DNA of 64,000 bases, taken from positions 333,992 to 397,991 of the forward strand of contig JAUIKS010000004.1 of the NCBI GenBank assembly GCA_030430565.1, given 5' to 3'. Below are positions 1-9,432 of this stretch, piece after piece. The first letter of the stretch is position 1. Every line of letters begins with the position of its first letter. A model generated the notes under the pieces. It was not told the DNA's origin. It worked only from the letters and a program-made list of their open reading frames with translations, and ran no database searches. This stretch comes from Polyangia bacterium. Lineage in GTDB: Bacteria; Myxococcota_A; Polyangia; Nannocystales; Nannocystaceae. Made by a program: the position numbers and the translations under genes.

Positions 1-801
1 GCCGCCGGCGAGCAGCGCGCCGCCGGCCGCGATGAGGATCGGCGAGACCGTGTTCATCGTGTTGAGCTTGTTCTCCATGTTGACGACAGAGTTGTCGTAC
101 TCCTGGTTGATAAAGCCGGTCTCGCCAGGCGTCGACAGGGTCTTGAGCTCGTTGGCCGTGCTGCTGCCGATGACCGTGGTCCCGATCCCACCGCCGAGGG
201 CGCCGGCGCCGAGGACCGTCAGGATCGCGCCGCCGATGAGGAGCCCTGAGGGACCCTTCTTCTCGGTCTCGCTGGTGTCCGTGTCGTCACCCTTCGCGGT
301 GAGGTTCAACTCCTCATCGTCCGTCGCCGGGCCGCTCGCGGTCGGCGTCGGATCGGCGGGGCCCGGATCGGCCTCGCCGGGGCCGCCGGTGATGCACTCC
401 GGGTTGTTGTCGGCCTTCTTCAGGATTTCACGCGCGTCGGCCTGAAGATCTTCGTTGTCCTCGTCCTTGATGAGGAAGAGCTGCAGGTACTGCTTGACAC
501 GGGCGCAGTCTTTCAGCTCCCAAGCGTCGACGCCGAGGTTGTAGGCGAAGATGTGCTTGTCGGGCGCGTACGAGTAGGCTTGCTCGTACTTGATGACCGA
601 GTTGTAGTAGTCCTCGGTGTCGTGAAACTCCTTGGCTTGCAAGTAGAGTTTCTTTGCCCACTCAAGTTTCTCATCGTCGCTGAGGGTTGAGGGGTCCGGC
701 AGCTCTTCGTCATCTTGGAAGGCCGCGTTGGCGACCGAGGACTGGGTCGCCAATCCGGCGCACAGGGCTAGCGACAGGGCTCCGCGAAGAATTGAGTTCA
801 T
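1..801 (-). CDS. Secreted TPR-like hypothetical protein, 3' end truncated by the window edge
   Basis: Reverse-strand reading gives MNSILRGALSLALCAGLATQSSVANA (signal peptide), then a TPR-like segment (KKLYLQAKEFHDTEDYYNSVIKYEQAYSYAPDKHIFAYNLG) and Gly/Ala-rich hydrophobic stretches. There is no stop before position 1, which is why it is absent from the ORF track. The ATG is at 801-799. Confidence 0.5.
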   Translation of the reverse strand, partial: MNSILRGALSLALCAGLATQSSVANAAFQDDEELPDPSTLSDDEKLEWAKKLYLQAKEFHDTEDYYNSVIKYEQAYSYAPDKHIFAYNLGVDAWELKDCARVKQYLQLFLIKDEDNEDLQADAREILKKADNNPECITGGPGEADPGPADPTPTASGPATDDEELNLTAKGDDTDTSETEKKGPSGLLIGGAILTVLGAGALGGGIGTTVIGSSTANELKTLSTPGETGFINQEYDNSVVNMENKLNTMNTVSPILIAAGGALLAGG

Positions 802-840
802 GACCGTAGGTGCTCCCTGGTTGTCCAAATCAGCTGTGTG

Positions 841-1473
841 CTAGCCGAACGGATCGACCGACTTCGACTTCTTCTTCTTGCCCGGCGCGGGCTTCTTCTT
901 GCCGCCGCCACCGCCGGTGTTCTTCTTCTTCTTCTTCTTGGTGGAGGGCTTCTTCGTCGTGGCGTCGGCTGCGGGCGTCTCCGGAGTCGGGGCGGTCTTC
1001 GACGCGTTCGCAGCGGCCGCAGCAGCGGCAGCGTTGGCGTCTGCGGCTTCCTTCTCTGCCTTGGCCTTCTCGGCCTCCGCCTTGGCGCGCTCAGCCTCTG
1101 CGGCGGCAGCCTTGGCCTTCGCCTCGGCCTCGGCCTTCGCCTTCTCAATCTCTTTCTGCGCTTCGATACGGGCCTTCTCTTTTTCGGCCTCGGCTTCGGC
1201 AGCCGCGGAGCGCATGTACAAGACAGCACCGATCGCGATCGCGGCGACGACGACGCCACCGATGATCGGGACCATCTTGTTACTCGTGGGCGCCGGCTCT
1301 GCGTAGTCCGGCGGGGGCATGACCGCTTGGGGCGCTGGCTCTGGTTCTGGCTCCGGCTCTGGCTCCGGCTCTGGCTCCGGCTCCATCGTCGGCGTCATCG
1401 CCAGCTCATCGACGAGTTGCCCTAGCAGGTCGTCAAACGCGTCGGCGTTATTAGTGCCTTGGGGGTTATTCAC
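841..1473 (-). CDS. TolA-like membrane protein: PE-repeat N-terminus, one TM helix, Ala/Glu/Lys coiled coil, poly-Lys tail
   Basis: 210 aa ORF with GTG start preceded by AAGGAAAGGA. It has (PE)7, the TM helix VPIIGGVVVAAIAIGAVLY, a long AEAEAKAKA coiled-coil-like region and a KKKKKK tail. It overlaps the upstream gene's stop by 8 nt. Confidence 0.45.
   Translation of the reverse strand: MNNPQGTNNADAFDDLLGQLVDELAMTPTMEPEPEPEPEPEPEPEPAPQAVMPPPDYAEPAPTSNKMVPIIGGVVVAAIAIGAVLYMRSAAAEAEAEKEKARIEAQKEIEKAKAEAEAKAKAAAAEAERAKAEAEKAKAEKEAADANAAAAAAAANASKTAPTPETPAADATTKKPSTKKKKKKNTGGGGGKKKPAPGKKKKSKSVDPFG
1336..1384. repeat. Hexanucleotide (GGCTCY)n microsatellite encoding (PE)n
   Basis: The ctggctccggctctggctccggct tandem hexamers are visible in the sequence. 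Confidence 0.7.
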
Positions 1474-2677
1474 TGCCTCGAGTCCTTTCCTTCGCGTCGC
1501 GCGTGACTGGACGCGAGTTTATCCTTTCGCGCTCCGAGGAGACAAGAGAGCCGACCGGCTCTCTCACCGTCTCGGTTCGCGGCCGAGTTCCATCGCGCTC
1601 GGGCCGTCGGGCATGTCCTTGCCGGGGTGGCGTGCGGGGTTGGCACATCGAACGAGGTGTGGCGAGGATCTGCACCAGGGTCTCAATACACCCCAGGAGC
1701 TCGCCGAGTCGTGCGCGTTCGTGTCGATCTGGGCGCGAGGCCGCGCGGCCCGAGGTCGATCGGAGTACGTCGGAGGAGGTTGCGGATCCCGCGCGGGAGT
1801 GGGGCCACAGCTTAAGGCTGTGTTCGTCCATGTAGAGGGCCCGACTCACCTCGAGCTGCAACGCGTGGAACCCCTCCTCCGGTCTACCAAAGCGCCGCAC
1901 AAGTTCCCCGCCGCGGTAGGGATCGTTGAGGCGAACATCGAGGCCAGATGCCCCACCTCCGAGCGCCGCGAGCGCGTCTGCCTGGAGCTGCGAGCTGCAC
2001 GATCCACCCTCGAGCGTCCCGAGAATCAAATCGCCCTCGACGGATCCCGGCATGCTGTGGGCTTCGAGAAGGATCGCGTAACCAAACTTACGCCGACGAC
2101 GATCGAGCAGGAGATCGATCGCGCGGTAATAGGGATCGTAGTAGCGCGAGATCCGGTGCTCGAGCTCTTCGTAGGGCAAGGGCGCGGTGAGGATCGGGAT
2201 GTTGCCAACCGCCGTGTCCCAGACGACGCCGCGGTTGGGGAGCGCGACGATGGATCCGCCGCGCACGTTGTTCTTGCGGCGCGAGCGTCTGGATCCACGT
2301 GTGAACACGCGTTGACGCGGCCGCGGGGCAGGGTGGTCAGGTACGAGCGTCGCGCTCACATCGTCGTGGGCGCGGTTGAGATCGACGAGCAGGCGGCTGT
2401 AGCGAGCGCGTACCCGCGCGGCGCCGAGCCGCTGCGCGGTGTTGTACAGCGTGTGAACTTCGTAGTCCGCGTTGCGCCCGAAGTTGACCTGCGGCCTCGG
2501 CCGGAAAAACTCCCGCGGCCACTCGAGGCCGACGTGGGGGAAACTGATGACGAGCGGCGTGACAGCGACCGGGGGATCAAACAAAAACGGACGATCGACT
2601 CCCGGCGTGAAACCGAGGTCGTCATCGCTCAAGATCTCGCGACCGCGGTGGTTGGGATCGGCCGACATGTCTGGCAT
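1466..2677 (-). CDS. N-formylglutamate amidohydrolase (FGase) family protein
   Basis: PHxG, DLNR, HS.PG and YYDPYY-type motifs of PF05013. The start is chosen at MPDMSADP, which has GGAGG 8 nt upstream. The C-terminal roughly 100 aa are low-complexity and may be a read-through extension. Confidence 0.65.
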   Translation of the reverse strand: MPDMSADPNHRGREILSDDDLGFTPGVDRPFLFDPPVAVTPLVISFPHVGLEWPREFFRPRPQVNFGRNADYEVHTLYNTAQRLGAARVRARYSRLLVDLNRAHDDVSATLVPDHPAPRPRQRVFTRGSRRSRRKNNVRGGSIVALPNRGVVWDTAVGNIPILTAPLPYEELEHRISRYYDPYYRAIDLLLDRRRRKFGYAILLEAHSMPGSVEGDLILGTLEGGSCSSQLQADALAALGGGASGLDVRLNDPYRGGELVRRFGRPEEGFHALQLEVSRALYMDEHSLKLWPHSRAGSATSSDVLRSTSGRAASRPDRHERARLGELLGCIETLVQILATPRSMCQPRTPPRQGHARRPERDGTRPRTETVREPVGSLVSSERERINSRPVTRDAKERTRGSE

Positions 2678-3067
2678 CAGGATGTCCTCCTGTCGGCCAA
2701 ACGCTGTGGTCTTGTGCCCCCCACCGGCGTGCAACATACCAGCATTTTTCCGAGAAACCGAAGGATCGACGAGCGCTTAGCGGTCGCGCGGGCGCGCGCG
2801 CGCGACCGCTGGATTCGGGGGGCCGAGACGACGATCGAGAAATCGACAGAAGCGAAAAAAATCTCCGGATAAATCTCGGGGACCGGCGTCTAACTTTATG
2901 TACATGGCGCGGAAGTAGCCGCGCTGACTCGCGCGCCCCGGTCAGCGATGATCGGTGAGTCAGCAACTCTACTTTCGCGGATCCTCCGCACCTCGTAGCG
3001 ATCAACCTCGCGCCGCAGCACCTTCGGGTGCTGTGGCGTGAATCTTTTAAGGAAGGTACGTCGCTCC

Positions 3068-3105
3068 TCGCTCGCGGAATAAAAAAAGCGGCCATCGCGA
3101 GGCGA
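3068..3105 (-). terminator. Rho-independent terminator downstream of tRNA-Glu
   Basis: The minus strand reads GCGGTCATCGC-ctc-GCGATGGCCGC followed by TTTTTTTATT. Confidence 0.55.
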
Positions 3106-3117
3106 TGACCGCTTGAG

Positions 3118-3189
3118 TGACCCCACCGGGAATTGAACCCGAGCTTTCGGCGTGAGAGGCCGACGTCCTGACCGCTAGACCATGGGGCC
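3118..3189 (-). tRNA. tRNA-Glu (anticodon CUC)
   Basis: The reverse complement folds as a cloverleaf: acceptor GGCCCCA/TGGGGTC, anticodon stem TCGGC/GCCGA with loop CTCTCAC, and a TTCAATT T-loop. Confidence 0.8.
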
Positions 3190-3232
3190 AAAGTTCAGGG
3201 GCTTGTCAGGCCAGGACCCTGATTCCCGGACA

Positions 3233-3303
3233 AGGATTCGAACCTCGATAAGCAGAACCAGAATCTGCTGTCCTACCATTAGACGATCCGGGAAGGTGAT
3301 GTT
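3233..3303 (-). tRNA. tRNA-Gln (anticodon CUG)
   Basis: The reverse complement gives acceptor TCCCGGA/TCCGGGA, anticodon stem GCAGA/TCTGC with loop TTCTGGT, and a TTCGAAT T-loop. Confidence 0.75.
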
Positions 3304-3427
3304 GCGCCGGGTTGGTAGGTCCCCGAGGCGCAAGGGACCATGCGCTAATGCTCTTCGACTGTCAAGCCCGATCGTGGAACAAATCCAATTTGATCGAGAT
3401 GGCCTGTAGACGCTGTTCGCGCGGCAC

Positions 3428-3754
3428 CTAGCGATCTGTCTTGGAGCCACCCAGGCAGGGCGGAGAGGGTCGCACGCTGCCGCCGCGGGCGGCCCATTGC
3501 TCCGGCGTGAGCGCCTCGATGGAGAGCGCGTGTACGCCCCCAGCGAGCTCGTCGGCGAGCGTCTGGTTGATCGCGCGGTGACGATGGACGAGGCCTTTGC
3601 CGGCGAACGCGTCGCTGATGACGACGACCTTGAAGTGGGTCTCGGAGTTCGCCGGCACGCTGTGCATGTGGCTTTGGTTGATGACCTCGAGATGCGCGGG
3701 GGAGAAGCGCGCTTGGAGCTTGCGCTCGATGCTCGCGGCGATCGTCCCGCTCAC
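3428..3754 (-). CDS. bolA: BolA family protein
   Basis: Reads MSGTIAASIERKLQARFSPAHLEVINQSHMH...HALSIEALTP, the BolA signature. Its ATG overlaps the stop of the upstream Fe-S gene (ATGA). Confidence 0.75.
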   Translation of the reverse strand: MSGTIAASIERKLQARFSPAHLEVINQSHMHSVPANSETHFKVVVISDAFAGKGLVHRHRAINQTLADELAGGVHALSIEALTPEQWAARGGSVRPSPPCLGGSKTDR

Positions 3755-6063
3755 GCGCTGGCCTCCGAGGACGCCGAGGCGTCGGAGCTGGCGAGCGTGG
3801 CGGCGATGACCTGGGCGAGGTCCATGACCTCGATCTCTTCTTCTTTACCGACCGCCTTCATGCCGTCGGAGATCATCGTCTTGCAGAACGGGCAGCCGAC
3901 CGCGACCGCGTTGGCGCCGCTCTCGGCGATCTCCTTGGCGCGGTTGATGTTGACGCGCTTCTCCGGCTCTTCCTCCATCCACATGCGCCCGCCGCCCGCG
4001 CCGCAGCAGAAGCCGTGCTCGCGGTTGCGCTTGAGCTCGGTGAGCGATCCCTTGTTACCCGTGGCGGCGCGGAGCGCAGCGCGCGGCTGCTCGTAGACTT
4101 GGTTCCAGCGGCCGAGGTAGCAGCTGTCGTGGTAGGTGATGCGCTTCTCGAGCGGGTTATCGACCTTGAGCTTGCCGCTGTCGAGCAGGTGCGTGATCAG
4201 CTGGCTGTGGTGGATGACCTCGTACTCGCCGCCGAACTGCGGGTACTCGTTCTTGATCACGTGGAAGCAGTGCGGGCAGGTGGCGATGACCTTGGTCACC
4301 TTGTTCTCGTTCATGAGCTCGACCTGCTCGGCCGCCAGCATCTGGAAGTTCATCTCGTCGCCGAGGCGGCGCAGCGTGTCGCCCGTGCACTTCTCCTGCT
4401 TGCCGAGCACCGCGAAGCTGACGCCCGCGGCGCGCAGGACCTCGACCAGCGCGCGCGTGGTCTTCTTGGCGTTGTCGTCGAAGGCGCCCGCGCAGCCGAC
4501 GAACAGCAGGTACTCGGCGCCGGGGTTGTCCTCGATCTCGGGGACGTCGAGGCCGTCGGCCCAGGCCATGCGGTCCTCCTCGGACATCGCCCACGGGTTG
4601 CCGGAGTTGTTGATGTTGCCGAGGACGTTGCTGGCCTCGCCCGGGGTGCGGCCGGTCTCGTCGTTGAGGACGATGAACTGGCGCATCTGCAGGATCTTGA
4701 GCGGGTGGTCGATGAACACCGGGCAGACCTCTTGGCACGCGCCGCAGGTGGTGCAGGCCCAGAGGGTCTCGTCCTTGACGCGTCCACCGACCAGCGGGGG
4801 CGCGGTCCGGAGCTCCTTCTTGATCTGGGCGATGAGGTCTTTGTTGGGACCGTCTTCCGGGCGCGGCGCGGCGTCGGCCTTGGCTTTTTTCTCGCCGTCC
4901 TCGCCGTCCTCGCCCTCCTCATCGTCGTCGTACTCGTCCTCGTCGGGCTGGTCGTAGTCCTCGGGATCGTAGTCCTCGGGGTCGACGTGGAGATCGAGCT
5001 CGAGCTTGCTGATGTCGACGCCGAGCGCCTTGAGCTTGAGCAGCTTGCTGCCGCGCTCCTTCATCTCGTCCTTGAGGTCGTGGATGAGGTGCATCGGGCT
5101 GAGCGGCTTCTCAGTGGCGAAGGCCGGGCAGTACGAGGTGCAGCGAGCGCACTCGGTGCAGGAGTAGTTGTCGATCAGGCTCTTCCAGGTGAATTGCTCG
5201 ATCTTGCCGACGCCCCAGTTCTCCATGAGGGGCTCACCCTCCTCGGCGCCGTAGTCGTCGTCCTCATCCTCGTCGTCGGAGGGCGGCGGATCGTCGAACA
5301 GCTTGGCCTTCGGCATGGCGCCGCGCTGGCCCTGGTTGCGCAGGAGGATGTTGGGCCCGGAGCCGAGCACGTGGATGTGCTTGCTGAACGGCAGGTAGTT
5401 GAGGAAGCCGAGCAGGATCGCGATGTGGACCCACCAGAAGGTCTCGGAGATCAGGTGGGCGGTGTCGGGGTCGATCAGCTGCTTGTAGGGATCGAGCTGG
5501 TGGGCGCCGACGAGCGCGGCGAAACGCCCGGAGACCGGGTGCGACCAGTCGTAGTGGCCGACGTTGGCCATGTGGAAGCCGTGGTAGCCGAAGTGGCTGA
5601 TGCACAGCAGCGAGATGGCGCCGAGGATCAGCATCGCGTCGAGGCTGAGGGGCACGAACGCGGGCTGCATGAAGCGGCGCGTGATCGCGTAGGCCATGAC
5701 CGTGACGACGATGAGGTTGGCTACGTCGATCACGAGCGCGAGGTACTGGTAGCCGGCGGTCGTGATCAGGTAGCTGAAGTTGAACCAGTCGCCGAGCAGG
5801 CCCTGGATGAACATCTCGGTCGAGGCGATCGAGAGGATCAGAAAGCCCCAGTAGATCAGGAGATGGTGGTAGCTGCGCCGCTCCTCCATGACCTTGCGCT
5901 GCCCGAAGAAGAACTTCATCAGGCTGCCGATGCGTTCGCCCCACGTCTCCTTGAGATCCGACGGACGGCCGAGCGCGGCGATCTTGACGAAGTGCGCGAG
6001 GTTGAACGTGAACAGCCCGAGCGCGAAGGCGAAGGCGACGGCGAAGGCGATTTGTTTCAGCAT
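3751..6063 (-). CDS. Membrane-bound Fe-S oxidoreductase: NarI/DsrM-like cytochrome-b N-domain fused to an HdrD/DsrK/GlpC-like CCG domain
   Basis: About 6 N-terminal TM helices with conserved His. Two ferredoxin-like motifs (CTECARCTSYCP and CTTCGACQEVCP). Two CCG-type Cys-rich motifs (including FCCGAGGG and CPFC). Two poly-acidic inserts (DDEDEDDDYGAEEGE and EDYDPEDYDQPDEDEYDDDEEGEDGEDGE). Confidence 0.8.
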   Translation of the reverse strand: MLKQIAFAVAFAFALGLFTFNLAHFVKIAALGRPSDLKETWGERIGSLMKFFFGQRKVMEERRSYHHLLIYWGFLILSIASTEMFIQGLLGDWFNFSYLITTAGYQYLALVIDVANLIVVTVMAYAITRRFMQPAFVPLSLDAMLILGAISLLCISHFGYHGFHMANVGHYDWSHPVSGRFAALVGAHQLDPYKQLIDPDTAHLISETFWWVHIAILLGFLNYLPFSKHIHVLGSGPNILLRNQGQRGAMPKAKLFDDPPPSDDEDEDDDYGAEEGEPLMENWGVGKIEQFTWKSLIDNYSCTECARCTSYCPAFATEKPLSPMHLIHDLKDEMKERGSKLLKLKALGVDISKLELDLHVDPEDYDPEDYDQPDEDEYDDDEEGEDGEDGEKKAKADAAPRPEDGPNKDLIAQIKKELRTAPPLVGGRVKDETLWACTTCGACQEVCPVFIDHPLKILQMRQFIVLNDETGRTPGEASNVLGNINNSGNPWAMSEEDRMAWADGLDVPEIEDNPGAEYLLFVGCAGAFDDNAKKTTRALVEVLRAAGVSFAVLGKQEKCTGDTLRRLGDEMNFQMLAAEQVELMNENKVTKVIATCPHCFHVIKNEYPQFGGEYEVIHHSQLITHLLDSGKLKVDNPLEKRITYHDSCYLGRWNQVYEQPRAALRAATGNKGSLTELKRNREHGFCCGAGGGRMWMEEEPEKRVNINRAKEIAESGANAVAVGCPFCKTMISDGMKAVGKEEEIEVMDLAQVIAATLASSDASASSEASA

Positions 6064-6310
6064 GGGGCAAATCGACGATGGCGATCAGGAGACAAACAGG
6101 TGTCGCTACGGACAGTGCCGGCACGCTCGAGAACGATCAATTACTCGCAAGCGCGCGCGGCAGGCTGCGCGCGCTTGAAACAAGATCCCGGGAGAAACCG
6201 GCTGCGACACTGTTCTATTGAGCCTATACCACATATGAGGCAGTGTTGGGTTACGAAGCGCGCCCTTGGCGCGGTGACTTCGAACGTACAATTGGGGACT
6301 AGGGCGAGGC

Positions 6311-7777
6311 GTGGGGAAACAGGCACGAGACCTTCTGCTGATCAGCGATCTGCACCTGGGCTCGCACCTGAAGCCGCGGCTCAGGGGCGAGTACGTGCAC
6401 CTGGCCGCGCGGATCGAGGAGAGCCTGCCGCGCTTCCTCGATCACTACATCCGCGAGGGCGGACCCTGGCAGCTGATCGTCAACGGCGACTTCATCGACT
6501 TCTGGAACATCGAGCTGGTCCCGGAGGCGCGCCAGAGCCAGTCTGAGCCGCGCTTCAAGAAGATCCGGGGCGCGGAGCTGGCGGTGCACCGGCTGCACGC
6601 GGCGCTGGACGCCTACCCCGGTGTGGAGGACGCGCTGGTTCGCTTTCTCTCGGCGGGGCACGGGATCGTGTTCGTCGCGGGCAATCACGACGCCGAGCTG
6701 CTGTACCCGGAGGTCCGCAAGGCGCTGGCGAGCCGGCTCGAGGAGGGCATCGAGCGCGAGGAGCCCGTCGACCCGGACGCGGTAACGCGCACCGGGACGG
6801 CGCGACTCGATGACCTCCAGCCCGGGCGCGTGACCTTCGTCCCGTGGTTCCTGTTGGAGGAGGGCGGCGCGTGGATCGAGCACGGGCACAACTTTGACGC
6901 GGCCTGCGCGACCCCGGCCGCGCTCTCGCCGACGCGGCGCGGGCGGCTGGTGCAGTCGCTCGCCGAGGTCGCCACGCGCGGCTTCACCAACCTCGTGCCG
7001 GAGATCGACTACGACGCGCCCGATCGCTACACCGCGATGGATTACCTGCGCTGGGCGGGCGCCCGCGGCTTCCGCTTCATGATCTACGTGGTGCTGCTGT
7101 ACCTGCGGATGATCGGGCGGATGCTCGCGCTGTGGGTGCGGACGGGGCGGGTTGATAAGGCCGGGCGCGAGGAGCATCGAGAGCGGCTCGAGCGCGTCGC
7201 CAAGAACGCGGGCTTGCAGATGAGCGCTCTCACCGCCATCGAGACGATGGCGCCGCCGCCGAGCTCGGCGACCGTCGGCGGCGTGCTGAGCGTGACGGCG
7301 CTCGACCTCGTGCTGACGCTGACGACGGTCGCGGCGATCGTCGCGGGCGGGATCCGAGCGCTCGGCGGGCCGCTGTGGGCGGCGCTGCCGGCGGGCCTGC
7401 TCGCGGGCGGGCTGGCGATGCGCGGCGTCGGTCGACGGCGCAAGAAACGAGATGTCCATGAGGACATGACCCGGATCGCGGCGGAGGTCGGGCAGGTCAC
7501 GGGCGTGCCGATGGTGCTGATGGGACACAGCCACCGCGGCGAGCTCGTCGAGCACGAGGGGGTCGTCTACGGCAATTCCGGCTGCTGGCTCGACGGCTCG
7601 CACTTGGTGGTGCGGCGCGCGGAGGGCACGCGGCGCCTCGCTAAGGCGGAGCTGCGGGTGTGGCGAAACGGCGGCGTCTCGATCGTGCGCCGCGTCGATG
7701 TCCCCGAGCCGGCGAAGCAGCTGCCGTCCGCGCTGGAGCGTCCGGCTGTGCCGACCGCGCCGGACGCCGCGGCCTAA
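6311..7777 (+). CDS. Calcineurin-like metallophosphoesterase with an internal TM segment
   Basis: Contains the LISDLHLG, NGDFIDFW, GNHD and GHSHR phosphoesterase motifs. A hydrophobic stretch spans residues about 300-360. Confidence 0.75.
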   Translation: MGKQARDLLLISDLHLGSHLKPRLRGEYVHLAARIEESLPRFLDHYIREGGPWQLIVNGDFIDFWNIELVPEARQSQSEPRFKKIRGAELAVHRLHAALDAYPGVEDALVRFLSAGHGIVFVAGNHDAELLYPEVRKALASRLEEGIEREEPVDPDAVTRTGTARLDDLQPGRVTFVPWFLLEEGGAWIEHGHNFDAACATPAALSPTRRGRLVQSLAEVATRGFTNLVPEIDYDAPDRYTAMDYLRWAGARGFRFMIYVVLLYLRMIGRMLALWVRTGRVDKAGREEHRERLERVAKNAGLQMSALTAIETMAPPPSSATVGGVLSVTALDLVLTLTTVAAIVAGGIRALGGPLWAALPAGLLAGGLAMRGVGRRRKKRDVHEDMTRIAAEVGQVTGVPMVLMGHSHRGELVEHEGVVYGNSGCWLDGSHLVVRRAEGTRRLAKAELRVWRNGGVSIVRRVDVPEPAKQLPSALERPAVPTAPDAAA

Positions 7778-7839
7778 CAGCCGGTGGCGAACGTCCGCGT
7801 GTCGCGTCCAAACATTCGTCGCTGGCGAGCCCGTCTGAC

Positions 7840-9414
7840 CTAGCGGCGAAACAGCCGGCGCGTCTTGCCCTGCGGCGGCGCGGCGGCGACGAGGCCCGCG
7901 GCGGCGAGCCCGGCGGCGAACTGCCCCTCGAGGCCGAGGCCGGGCAGGGTCATACGTGACGCGAAGTACATGTTCCGAATGCCCGACGAGTGGGGGAGCA
8001 GGCCGACGCCCAGCGGCGCCTGGGCGCGCGCGTGGGCGTAGAGCGGCGCCATCGGCCAGCGCCCGAGCGGCGGCGGGGCGCGGTCGAGCGGGCGCCCATG
8101 GCCGTCGGTGACGCCGAGGCCGTCGTGGGGCGAGAGCATCGCGTGGACGTGCGGGCGCACGAACGGGAGGATGCCGGCCTCGTCGAGGCCGTTGAGCACG
8201 CGGTCGCGGATCCCCTCGAGCGAGGCGTCGGCGGGCAGCACGTGCGTGATCGTCAGCAGCTTGGCGCTGTTTGTGTCGGCGTCGGCGTTGCGCGGGGAGC
8301 TCACGCGCAGGAAGGAACTCCCGAGCTCGGACGGCGCGCCGGGGATGTGCACGACGATGCCGTCGAGCGCCGGCGAGAGGCCCTCGGGCGCGACGCTGAG
8401 CGCGAGCACGTAGCGGTAGCCGACCGCGGTGATGTCGTCGAGCGCGGCCAGGGTCTTGTCGGGCAGGACGCCGGCGGCGAGCAGGTTGCCGGGGGACGAC
8501 TCGCCGGCGCGTTGCTGCCCCAGGAGCAGCGCGCGCGGGTCACAGGCGAGCAGCAGGTGCTCGCAGCCGTAGGCCTCGCGCTTGCCGAGGAAGGACAGGC
8601 TGGTGACCTTGCCGCGGTGAATGTGGAGATCGGCGACGCGCAGCGCGGGCTTGACCTCGCCGGCCTGGCTCTTGAAGCGCTGGAGGACGTGGGCGCGCAG
8701 CTCGGCGAGGCCGCCGCGGTAGTCCGAGGCGCCGCGAAACCACCGGGCGATGAGCCGCTCTTGCACGGACCAGTCGAGCTGCCCGGGGTCGAGGTCGATG
8801 AACCACGGCAGCGTCGCGCCGGCGACCTGCCGCAGGGGGTGCGGCGCGGGCAGCGGCGCCATCGGGTCGACGCGGCCGGGCGCCGGGCGCTGCGGGTCGG
8901 TGCGGGCGAGGAAGCGGTGCCCCCAGATCGCGTCGGCGGAGATCAGCGGCTCGCTCGCGAGCAGCGACTCCGCGAACTCGAGCGCGCCCGCGCCGACGGC
9001 CATGCGGCGGTCCCAGGCCTCCTCGGCGGGCTCGTCGGGCCACTCGCGCGCGAGCTCCGAGGACAGGTTCTCGAGGCCAGCTGTGAGATCGAGGCGGTGA
9101 CGCGGCAGCGCGTAGTGGAGGCGCCCGCGCAGCGGCTTGATCCCGCGGCGGACCTGCTGCCAGGTGCCGAGCTCTTCGAACGCGCGCTGGACCGGCGGGC
9201 TCTCGAAGCCGAGGCAGGGCGCGGTCTCGACGCTGACTGTGTGGGGCGAGCTCCCGGCGAGGCCGGGCAGGCTGAAGACCTGGCGGGGGTCGCCGTCGGG
9301 GATGATGAGCACGCGCCGGTCCCGACGGCTGACGATCGCGGCGGCGATCAGGCCGGCGAGATCGGAGCCCAGGACGATGAGGTCGTAGTACTGGCTGGTG
9401 CGCGTCGCCATCAC
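7840..9414 (-). CDS. CrtI/phytoene-desaturase-family FAD-dependent oxidoreductase
   Basis: N-terminal dinucleotide-binding fold (YDLIVLGSDLAGLIAA). The CrtI-like C-terminal motif MYFASRMTLPGLGLEGQFAAG is also present. Confidence 0.6.
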   Translation of the reverse strand: MMATRTSQYYDLIVLGSDLAGLIAAAIVSRRDRRVLIIPDGDPRQVFSLPGLAGSSPHTVSVETAPCLGFESPPVQRAFEELGTWQQVRRGIKPLRGRLHYALPRHRLDLTAGLENLSSELAREWPDEPAEEAWDRRMAVGAGALEFAESLLASEPLISADAIWGHRFLARTDPQRPAPGRVDPMAPLPAPHPLRQVAGATLPWFIDLDPGQLDWSVQERLIARWFRGASDYRGGLAELRAHVLQRFKSQAGEVKPALRVADLHIHRGKVTSLSFLGKREAYGCEHLLLACDPRALLLGQQRAGESSPGNLLAAGVLPDKTLAALDDITAVGYRYVLALSVAPEGLSPALDGIVVHIPGAPSELGSSFLRVSSPRNADADTNSAKLLTITHVLPADASLEGIRDRVLNGLDEAGILPFVRPHVHAMLSPHDGLGVTDGHGRPLDRAPPPLGRWPMAPLYAHARAQAPLGVGLLPHSSGIRNMYFASRMTLPGLGLEGQFAAGLAAAGLVAAAPPQGKTRRLFRR

Positions 9415-9432
9415 GGATCCTGTGGACGGCGC

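Noticed and set aside
838-1425. Plus-strand ORFs 810-1265, 838-1425 and 878-1306 opposite the TolA-like gene
   Set aside because: They are poly-Leu/Arg/Ala translations of the coiled-coil coding repeats on the other strand. The minus-strand ORF has a TM helix and an RBS.
2760-3117. Small ORFs 2896-3126 (-) and 2622-3191 (-)
   Set aside because: They overlap the tRNA-Glu terminator and gene and have no homology signal.
4015-6546. 843-aa plus-strand ORF (and many other 100-850-aa ORFs rich in R/A/G/D/P, e.g. 7990-10560, 33367-35358, 16076-17746, 17676-19979)
   Set aside because: These are antisense or out-of-frame to well-supported genes. Their Arg/Gly/Ala/Asp-dominated low-complexity translations are the typical shadow ORFs of about 70% GC DNA, where stop codons are rare.
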